NCBI RefSeq assembly: GCF_001194135.2
Contig: NC_069004.1
Coordinates: 19,263,393 to 19,327,392 of the forward strand
Reading direction: 5' to 3'
Length of the DNA: 64,000 nucleotides
Origin: Octopus bimaculoides
Lineage: Eukaryota
Below are positions 40,601 to 52,400 of this stretch, piece by piece. The position numbers and the translations under genes were made by a program. How positions within the stretch are numbered: the stretch's first letter is position 1; each line of letters opens with the position of its first letter. Below the pieces are notes generated by a model. The model saw only the letters and a program-made list of their open reading frames with translations. It was not told where the DNA came from and did no database searches.

Positions 40601-42777
40601 TTTTTTTGGTTTCCATCTACCAAATCCACTCATGGATTTCATCAGCCTAGGGCTATAGTAGAAAATACAGTAGGACTGAAGCTGGAACCATGTTGTTGGG
40701 AAGTAAACTTCTCAAACACGCAGCCATGTTTGCACGCATGCATATGTGTGTGTATGTGTGTGCGTGTGTGTGTAATCAAAGGTACAAAGACAAAGAGTAG
40801 CATAATCCAAGGGTAATCCAGTGTAAGGAGATCCAAGAATCAGGTCCCCCAAATCATCATATACATATCAGGTCATTCCATAAGTTCTGTCCGAATTTTG
40901 AATAAAGAAAACAAGTGATCAAATGTTATATTTAATTGAAATTTAATCATCAATGTACTTTCCCTGATTATCTATGACTTCTTTCCATCTATTTACAAGC
41001 TTTTTAATCCCATCAATGTAAAATTCTTTTGGTTTCAAAACGAAGAACTCTGAAATGTCAGTTTCGACCTCCTCCTAGCTTGCGAAAGTTATGTCCCCCA
41101 AATGATTCTGTAAACTACGAAACAAATGGTAGTCTGAAGGGGCAAGGTCGGGAGAATAAGATGGGTGAGGAATTTTTNNNNNNNNNNGTCTTATTTTTCT
41201 TCAAAGCTTGGTTCAAACGCTCTAATTGCTGACAGTAGACTTGAGCATTGATTGTTGCATTAGGTGGTAAGAATTCAAAGTGAATTACTCCTTTGCAATC
41301 TCACCAGATTGAGAGAAGAACCTTTTTCCCATGAAGTTCCCTTCTCGGTTGTGGTTGAGCTTTTTCCCTTTTACCAAGCCACTGTTTATGACATTTAACA
41401 TTTCGATAGAAGATCCATTTTTCATCACAAGTCACAAGTCTATCCAAAAAGGGTGAAATGAGTTCGCGAGAATGGAGAGAAGAGCAGATGTCGACTCGCA
41501 ATTTGCAGCTGCTTTCAGACAGTTCATAAGGCACCCATTTTCCAATTTTAGGAATCTTTCCAAGTTGTGGAAGATAATGATGAACAGTTGTATGGTTTGA
41601 ACTAAGCTTTATTGCCAATTCTTTAACTGATAATGCAAGATTTTCTTCAATTAATGCCTCAAGGAGCTTATCATCAAACTCAACTGGACATCCTGTTCGA
41701 TCTTCATCTTCAAGGCTGAAATCTCCACTTCTAAAATTTTACAAACCATCTCCTGCAAGTTCTTTCATTCAAGCATTCTTTCCCATAAGCTGAGTGTATA
41801 TTTCGAGACACTTTGGCTGCAGAGTTTCCTTTTTTGTACTCATAAAGCATTATGTGCCTCAAATGCTTTTTGGATACTTCCATGTTAGAAAGGATTTTAA
41901 TCAAAGAAATTTTAATTCTACTATTCTGTAAAATAATATTCAATTAGTTCAAATGTACACAAATGCATAAAAATAATTTTTAATTCCATTAGACATTCTA
42001 AAATACTATTAAATTTCATTCAATTTTAAAAAAGGTAAAATCAGACAGAACTTATGGGATGACCTGATACATACATATAATTGATCTATTAATAAAATTA
42101 GTCTAAAACTATAAGTCCAATAATAAAAATAATAAAATATGTTTAAAAATAAAATTGGTCTGAAAGCAAAAATTGTGCAAAAGCACCAACCTGATGGGGA
42201 TTTAACTGGAGATCCCTGTGAGGTACCATTAAGGGCTTGAAACTGTTTACTGTGATTGTCAAGTACAGCACGTGCAGTCGACTGGACATCCTTTAAGGAC
42301 ATTTGAACAGTGGCCATCAATATTAGATCATCATCGCCATCATCCCAAGCATCTGATGTCTCATTTTCAAAGTCCTGGAAGGCGTCCTTTGACTTGTTTT
42401 TTAGCTTGTCATCTTTCTTTGGTGTTCCTGGGTTACTAAATTAGGAAAACAAGAGGGGCAAAATATAAAAAATATCAACAAGAAGTAGGTATGCATGCAT
42501 GCATGGACAGATGGATAGATAAATAGTGTGTGTGTGTGTTTCTAAAAAAAACAAGGTTTCTGAAAAAATAAAAATGACAAAAAAATTAAATAGTGTTATA
42601 TATGATTACCACTGATTAGAAATTTTATGAAATTTTTAATAAGCAAACTAAAAAAACAACTAAGAAAAATGGAATGTTTATATTCTATGCATCTTTTTTT
42701 ACTTAATTTCAAATCCAAATCCCACCTATCATGAAGAAATTATTATCTCCCTTGTAATAACAATCAGCTCAGTGACA

Positions 42778-42863
<86 letters not shown>

Positions 42864-44626
42864 TAGTGAGAGAGAGAGAAAGAGAAAGGAATATAAATAC
42901 TAAAGAGAAAACAACTTAGGACAAACAATAATATTGGAAAAGGTTAGGACAGCAAAGGTTAGGACAGAATCATTAGCAAGCTGGGCAAAATTCTTTGTGA
43001 CATTTTGTCTGTCTATGTGTGCTTTTAGGATCAATAAAATAAGTACCAGCTGAGCACTGGAGTTGATCTAATCGACTTAGCTCCTTCCCCAAAATTGCTG
43101 GCCTTGTGCCTAAATTTGAAACCAATATTGGAAAAGGTTGTAAACATATAGAAAATAAAATAAGTAAAGTTAGAGTAATTTTAAAGTATATTGCAGAAAT
43201 TATTGTTTCATGTATATGTGTATAGAGGCATGCATTAGATGTGTAGTTATATGGATATATGTGGAGGCGCAATGGCCCAGTGGTTAGGGCAGCGGACTCG
43301 CGGTCATATGATCGTGGTTTCGATTTCCAGACCGGGCATTGTGAGTGTTTATTGAGCAAAAACACCTGAAAGCTCCATGAGGCTCCGGCAGGGGATGGTG
43401 GCGAACCCTGCTGTACTCTTTCACCACAACTTTCTCTCACTCTTACTTCCTGTTTCTGTTGTGTCTGTAATTCAAAGGGTCAGCCTTGTCACACTGTGTC
43501 ACACTGAATATCCCCGAGAACTACGTTAAGGGTACACNNNNNNNNNNGAGCAAAAACACCTGAAAGCTCCATGAGGCTCCGGCAGGGGATGGTGGCGAAC
43601 CCTGCTGTACTCTTTCACCACAACTTTCTCTCACTCTTACTTCCTGTTTCTGTTGTGTCTGTAATTCAAAGGGTCAGCCTTGTCACACTGTGTCACACTG
43701 AATATCCCCGAGAACTACGTTAAGGGTACACGTGTCAGCCACTTGCACGTTAATTTCACGAGCAGGCTGTTCCGTTGATCGGATCAACTGGAACCCTCAA
43801 CGTCGTAAGCGACGGAGTGCCAACAACAACATATGGATATATATATGTAGGGAGAAGGATTTATGAATTCAATGTCTACTTTGATTCCTTTTGTTCCATA
43901 TCCAAATATATCAGAGCCACTTTTCATAAAAGTACATTTGTTTTATAAAATTTAGACCAGGTTAAAAGAGGAAGTGCCAGATATCCATAGAAGACATTCC
44001 AGACTGATAACTTGATCTTATACAGATTAATACCAGTAGGGGAAATGTGGGGAAGAGAGAGACTTGCTGAGAGTTGCAGTTCTAGAAAAGCAGAACTGGG
44101 TAATGTCTGGTGTGATTTGACAAGTGAAAAATGAGACACAATAAAGCTGATGAAAGAGAAGTTAGAATGGTGTACATACACATATGTATGACACAGAACC
44201 AAGATATGAGGCACATTGCTATAGCAAGAAGACCTGCCCACTACAATCGAGATCCTAAAACCAAGGTGTCACATAAAAAGCACTGGTGTGGGTGCCGGTG
44301 CCACATAAAAAATACTGGTGCTGGTGACATGTAAAAAGCACCCAGTACACTCTGTGAAGTTGTTGGTGTTAGGAAGGGCATCCAGCTGTAGAAACCAAAC
44401 CAAAACAGACTATGGAACCTGGTGTGGCTCCTGGCCTTAGCAGTTCCTATCGAGCCATCCAACCCAAGCCTGCAAGGAAAACAGATATTTCATTTCTGTC
44501 TACCAAATTCACTTGTAAGGTTTTGGTTAGTCTGGGACCATGTGATTGAAAAACCTGTGCTTTGTGAATGAAATTTTGAAAACAGAAACTGTAAAACTCT
44601 TGTCAGATGCATGTGCACATTCATGT

Positions 44627-44668
<42 letters not shown>

Positions 44669-47600
44669 TTGCATCTAATGAAAATACTAATGTGGTGCAT
44701 AAGTATTGAGTTAGGCCACTTTATACCAACCAATAAACATCAATAAAACAAACACCAAATTAATCACAACGATCAATATAAACTAAAATCCCAGAAGACA
44801 GTGCACCAGCAAGGTCATAGTAAAAAGACTGAAACCAGTAAAAATATAGTATAATTGAGAACTAAGGGTCCTTCCTAAAATGCTGACTATTTCTTCTTAC
44901 TATGAGACACTAGCAGATTTCCCTTTTCACCATTTACATTCTCCAAGCAGAGTAACTCCATTGATGTTCTGTTAAAGAACTTGACTGCTAAATACAATAA
45001 GGTACCAGTAATCTCAGTGACATAAACTTTGAGTAGTACTGGTATTTGGTACTAGTTGGTACATAATCAGAGCTGGTTATAAGCCAATTAAATTTGTTCG
45101 AAGTAGAGGACCTCGTGCACAAGAGAGAGCCAAGTGAAAGCCCCAAGCACACCCTCGAGAAGAGGATGCTATGATAAACTTTTAGTACATCATTGTGGCT
45201 AATGATAGAGCTTCAAAATTTCAACACTTTTTTGCTGGGACTGGTGTACTACATGAAGCATAAAACCTCAATCTTCAGCATTTGTAGGGAAGAAAGCCCT
45301 ACTGACAATTCTCTAACTGGGCCCTCATACTTCTTAGTGCTGGCCCTGCACATACAAACAATTAAACCAATTAGATAGACATGTTCAAACTGGGCCCTGC
45401 ACCAAGAGAGGGCCCCACACACACAACTGAACGGAAGAATGCTATGATGAATTTTTAGTATATCATTGTGGCTAATGGTTGAACCTCAAGCCCTCAACAC
45501 TCTTTGGCTGGGACTGGTATACTACATGAAGCATAAAACATCAATCTTCAGCATTTGTAGGATAGAGGGCTCCAACTACAATTCTCTAATTGGGACCTGC
45601 ACTTCCTAACACCATCCCTGTCAATATAGAATAAGCAGTTCCATCATGAGTTCCAGTCCTTGTTGTAGTATGGTGGCTTGTGTGCCTCACTGTCCATAAG
45701 AACTATGCCAGCAGATCACAAATTCCTTGTAGGGCCTCCCATGATGGACAGGTCAAAACACAGAGGCCAGACTAAAAGGGATCACTTCTTCCCAGAGGTA
45801 GAAAAGGGTTTATATAAGGGCAACATACCAACCTATAAAAATGCAAAGTTACAGATGCAGGCATGGCTGTGTGGTAAGAAGTTTGCTTCCCAGCTACACT
45901 AGTCCACAACTATCACATAATGTCAAGACAAGGAACCGTAGAATAATTCTGATGTACTCAATACTATTTACAATCAAGAATGAGAAAAATCAATACATTT
46001 GAAGAGTAAAGAATATTGTTGGATTTACAATTCCCACACTGGTATGAAATCACTGGTCATATAAAGTACTGACCCTTCCAATTCCAATAATATATATATA
46101 GACATACACACTCACATTGTAGACACTCAGTCAAGCACAAACACACGACAGGCTTTGATATAGTTTGTCTAATACAGTAGTTCTGACTGGGATCCATATG
46201 ACCACTAGGAGTCTATTCAACATTTATGAGGGTCCGTAATAGTAAATTGGGGATCAACAGTAGTATTTTATTGGTCCATGAAAAATTTTGATTTAAATGT
46301 ATTTGTTGGAAGAAACAGTTGGGTTTCTTTCTCTAACATTTTACATAGTTCAGCCTACACAAGTGAATGTATGATAAACAAAATAGGAATTTTTAAAAAA
46401 AGTATCTATAAAACTAGTTTTCAAACATTGAATAGCTATGAAGTTCCACTAGAACAAAATGGTAATCAAAGGAGTCCATAAAGAAAAAAAAAACAGTTGA
46501 GAACCACTGGTCAAATAAATTCCATTCACAAGGTATTGGTCCATTCTAGACAATGATAGAAGACATTATTTGCCCAAAGTGTTGTACAGAGGGATCAAAC
46601 TTAGAACTGTAGTTACAGAGCAAACTTATTAACTACACAACCATATCTATTTGGTAAGAGAATATCAACCTATTTAGTATGTGCCATGCTGACTAATCAG
46701 GTCTTTTTTTATATTTTACATTTGTTTATCCATGAATGGGTTAGACAACTCTTCCCAAGCACAGCATCTAATCCCCTGTAACAGTCCTATGTCATAATCT
46801 TTACTGAAACCACCTTTCATCAGTTCTGTCCACATCTATCTTGGTTTTCCTCTGCCACAAGTTCTTCCCAAATGAATTGCTTGGCACTTTTTTGTCGTTC
46901 TCCATACGCATCACGTCATTCATATCAGATGAGTTTTTTTTGTTTTTTTTCTATCTCTCTCTTTCTCTCTTGCATACTACTTTTGATTCCTCTTGTACAC
47001 AGTTTTTCTCTCAACTCATTTGTGCTCCATTGTGTTCATGCACACTAACAATTGTTCAACATAAACCCACAATTCTGAAAGTTTCAAACACTGCACAATT
47101 GTGTGCAGAACAGTTTAACTGTTCTGTTCACATCTTGGAGAAAGTGGGCAAACACAAAGAGCCATGCCTGGTGAGTTTATCCCAAAATGGTAAGGCTCCT
47201 CGGTAACATTGTCATGCCAGGGACTTTTGGAAACTGTCCATAGGCCCTGGCCCAAATGTTCTCCATGCTGTCTGAAGGTCTAACAAGTGATTCAGATTGA
47301 AGGAGACACGGACACACCAAGCAGTTCTGATTTAACAACTGAATGTTAAGTGATCATTCGTGTCTACTTTTCATATTGGTGGTTCTCATTGCAGTTGAAT
47401 TAATTCAACTGGTGCAGGTACCAGGTTTCTCATGAAGACCCAAAACATCTCATGGCATAAATACAAGACCAATGCAGAGATTAATGGGACTCACTCTGTC
47501 CACCTCTACTACTATTGCTCAATACAAGCTAGGCTTTACTGGCCACTGACTGCTATTGTAGTGAACAACAAGACTTTAGATGTTTTATCTTAGAGATGTC

Positions 47601-49082
47601 CACACTCTAATAGAGAAAGACAACCACTCAGTTATATTGATGTTACTGGCAGACACACATATCATGAAATTGATGAGCTACCAAAACTAAAAAGAACCAG
47701 AGTTTCCTGCTGCAAAATTGTGAACTGTATCTCTGTTGTAAACATTTGAAGAAGAATTCGACTGCAATAACAATGACACAAGTTTTTTCAAGTCTCTTTG
47801 GTAAATAAGCATTTCATCTGATACAAGTAGGCACTGACTGGATAGAACTATTGTTAAATATGTTCCAGCCATAACCATCCTGTCTTTTTGTACAGAACGA
47901 GACAATTGAGCATGGCTGTTTGGCTGCTGGTGATTCGGCATGGCTGAGAGGATCCAGAATCTGATTTGGTGACAATACTTTTTGGTACCGTAGGCAAGCA
48001 TATGCTTTCACACAAACACACAGGTGTACATGCATAGAAATGCACACATACAGGTAAAAGAGAAATATGTTCATACACATAAACAGAGAGAATGGATGGG
48101 AGAGAAACAATAGAATGTCTAATGACAAATAAGTGAGCATTGAATCAGTGACACTAAATAAGCAGAGCTAAAACATCTGATAATCCTTTTTATGGACCCA
48201 TGACAACATTGTGTTGCTTCATTTTCTAAGATAGTGCCATTTGATAGAGCTTTGACTTATTACAAGCAGGTCAAGCAACTGTATAGAACCTCTCTTTTTG
48301 TCATATACATGTTAAATTCATTGTGTATATAATGTCAGAATTACATTAACCCTTTTTTGTTACCAAATTTCTACTGAAATGCATGGCTTTTCATCATCAT
48401 CATCATTTAATGTCCGTCTTCCATTACTTTTGTTACAATTAATTTTTTTAAATAATGAAGAATTTTTGTAAAATAACATTGTCATTATCAAACTGAGTAT
48501 GGACCATAAATTAACACAGAAATTTCAATGAAAAGTTTCAGATTACTTTTAAAACAGTAAGTTTAAATCACAGAACCAAGGGCAGTCTCAAGCAACTTGT
48601 AATCAAAACAGTTATATAATGCTGTTAGATACAAAATATTAATTCTTTTTCAACTATGTAAATATTGATCTCTATCATGTTATGTCAATCAATAAGTTTT
48701 ATTTGGAGAAAAATAAAGACAAAAAAAAAACAAAACAAAGACATCACTTTTGAAACAGATGGCGATACACATTGAGATATTAAATAGAAGAGACACGTAT
48801 GAAATTTGAGGCATATCCCAACACCCATTCAGTTATATAACTGGCAGAATTATTTCACTGAATATCCACCAAATGGTTAACAAATGAATAACTAGAATAA
48901 AAATTTCCTATACCTATCTATATGGTAGCTGAATGTATTTTATAACCCCAACTATTATAATTATGTACATGGTGAGAACCTGGGTACATTTTGTACAACT
49001 AATAAATACACATATGGAGTCAGTATTTGCACATTCAATTTCAACCACCAAAAGCTGCAGATAAGTTCTGATCTTTGTAGAT

Positions 49083-49118
<36 letters not shown>

Positions 49119-49367
49119 CACAAGCATAGCTGTGTGGTGAGAAGCTTGTTTCCCAACCACACGGCACCTTGGGCAAGCATCTACTATAGTCTTGGGCTGA
49201 CCAAAGCTTTGTCAATGGATTTGGCAGACAGAAACTGAAAGATGTCCNNNNNNNNNNNNNNNNNNNNNNNNNNNNNNNNNNNNNNNNNNNNNNNNNNNNN
49301 NNNNNNNNNNNNNNNNNNNNNNNNNNNNNNNNNNNNNNNNNNNNNNNNNNNNNNNNNNNNNNNNNNN

Positions 49368-49410
<43 letters not shown>

Positions 49411-52400
49411 TGCGCGCGCATGTCTTTGTGTATGTTTGTCCCCACTAACACTAGTTGATAACCGATGCTGGTGTGTTTCTGGCTCTGTAACCTAGTGGTT
49501 CAGCATAAGCGACTGATAGAATAATTACCAGGCTTTAAAAAAAGAACAAGTACTGTTCTTGAATCACACAACTAAAAATTCCTCAAGGCAGAGCTCCAGC
49601 ATGGCTGCAGTTTTATGACTAAAACACACAAAAAAACAGAAGCACACTGATGTTGCACATGCAGCAAAGATTGCTAGCTTCATTTCTTTCTAGTCTTCAC
49701 ACGACCTCTGCATTCACAAACCAAGTTTCACAACTTCATAGCATTGCCGTTCATACACAAGCATTATATAATCTGTCTTTCAGAATGAAAGACAGCCCTT
49801 TCGTTATCAACAGAGTTAATAATTCTCTGAACTTTCTCCAGCCAGTTCTTATTCTAGCAACAATACTTTCAGCATATCCACCACCACCAACAACAACAAC
49901 CCCTGCTAATTAGTTTTCCTTGGTCACCGAGACTCTCTACTTACTAGTATTGAGGACACAGTATGAAATTTCTATAAACACCTCTTTTACACATCAATCG
50001 AGGCCATTTATACAAAGGGATTAGTGTTCTGCCTGTTTCGCTGTTAACTAGCGGTGAATGCTGACCTCAAAATGTTGAGCTTCATTGGAGGAGACGACAA
50101 GGAACCAAGATGAACAGAGATATACTGTGCTTAAGAATATCCATCTATCTCAGCATAAATGATGTCCAGTTAAGCCTTGCCCGCATCTCATCTTTTAACA
50201 CCCATCCCTCCATCAATCTTGTAACTTTAATACTACTCACTCAGATGCTGTAAATGACACCATCCCCCTACACTATCCCTATTACTGTTACTTATCACAT
50301 CTCTGACTCCTTTTTCCTTCACTTCCCCTCTCCCAAACTGATATTCCCTGTGTCTACTTCTAACCCTGCAGAATTCAGATTACTCAGTCAAATGCAATAC
50401 TTATTTATTCACATTGTCTTGAATTAATCATGCATTATCCCATAACTTCCAGATTTCAATGATATGACTTTATTTTCAAAATGACATTGTATGGTAGGTG
50501 TGAGAAGTCAGATCTGGCCAGGTAGAATGTTTTGAACCGATATGGCTAGTTTTAAATACTAAAAGGTTAACCATCATCTCTCATCTCCCACATTCTTTTC
50601 CACTCTAGCACACTTATCTACCAGTTCATCTTTTCTGCTTCTCTATCCCTATTATATCTCTTATATTCACCTTGTTTCCTTGGCAAGAGTCTTCTATAAG
50701 TTTGGTTTACCAAAGCCTGGTGAGTGGATTCAGTAGGCAGAACATGAAAGAAGCCTGTCGCGCGCACGTGTGAGTATGCACATATTGGTCTCTTTGTCTT
50801 GACATCACATGACAGTTGTAAGTGATGTCCTTTGTTTCTAATCTCCCATGATGTCTGGTCACGGGGATATATTACTTTGCTTGCTTAAAGGTGAGGGTTG
50901 GAAACAGAAAGGGCATCCAGCCATAGAACATCCACAACAAATTCCATCCAAACCATGCAACCATGAAAAAGTCTATGTTAACACGACAATGATATTGATG
51001 ATGTGGTCAAGTACTTGAATTAACTACAATACCAACAGGTATGGTGAGCATTATTTACATTATTTACATTATTTACATTTGACAGATATATGTCTTGTCT
51101 TCTCTTGTTTGTTGTTAACACAACGTTTCGGCTTAGGAATGAGGACCCAGGTTCAAAATTTCCCTAAGATACCTGATGAAGGCTGGAGGGTATATCAGCC
51201 GAAACGTTGTGTTAACAACAAACAAGATGAGGACAAATATCCGTCTAATGTAAATAACGTACATAATTCCTCATCTCTTAAATATAGAACAGGTATGGTG
51301 AGTATTTGAATATATTTTTGCACTACTAACAACCATAACCACCAATATTAGAAAGAAATTCACGTTGCTATGTAGCTTTGCTTATGTGCACATATATTAA
51401 TTGCATTTTCCACTACAAACTATTATAGTCACCAACACCTCAAACAAATCTTGTTGCTATGTAACTACACAATGTAAACATATTCGCAATGGATGTATAA
51501 CTAATTTCATTTTGCATACAACCTGTATTTCTACTGAGTAATATATAATGCATTGTACATGATTTTTTGTATAAATCGTAACTGTCCATATATACACAAT
51601 CAAAATAATTACTAGAAGAGCAAAAATTTCAAAATAATAAAAAGAGTATTTTCTAATTTGCTTAGTAATCAGTGATAGAACTTGTATATTCTGGTTTCAT
51701 CAGCCTAGAATAATGAAAAACATTATCGTTGTATATAATTAAATAAAAACTTCTTGAGAACCTTTCAGTTTTAAATAATAATCTATCAATACTGTAATTT
51801 AAACAATTCAGTTACTGGTTTATTATTTGGATAAAAGATCATACGTGTGTAATGGGNNNNNNNNNNNNNNNNNNNNNNNNNNNNNNNNNNNNNNNNNNNN
51901 NNNNNNNNNNNNNNNNNNNNNNNNNNNNNNNNNNNNNNNNNNNNNNNNNNNNNNNNNNNNNNNNNNNNNNNNNNNNNNNNNNNNNNNTTAGTGAACAAAC
52001 TAAACACAAACAAATTGCTGAGGTGAATTACTCAGAGACTCCATCTGCACAAAAACACAATAGTTAAGTTACTATTAACATATTGAGTTAGTATTGATTA
52101 GTTTATTATTTAACCAAAACTTTCACAATTAAGAAGCTTTCATTTAATTATATAAAGTAAATGGTTCTCAAATGTTTCTCACCATTCAAGATTAAAGAAG
52201 CCAAAACATACAAATTTTATCACTGATTGCTATGAAACGTTAGCACACCAGACAAAATGTTTAGAGGCATTTCCTGTTTTTACATTCTGGGTTCAAATTC
52301 TGCTGAGGTCAACTTTGCCTTTCATCTTTTCAGAATCAATGAAGTGAGGACCAATCAAGCACTGAAGTCAACGTAATCAACTAGCCCCCCCCCCTCCCCC

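Noticed and set aside
43358-43730. Apparently identical 180-bp direct duplication of SINE sequence
   Set aside because: The copies flank a 10-N gap (43538-43547) and look identical, typical of an unmerged contig overlap.
47690-47830. Minus-strand open frame after a cag acceptor ([12 protein letters not shown]...)
   Set aside because: No good donor, no family similarity, and the flanking exons already join in phase.
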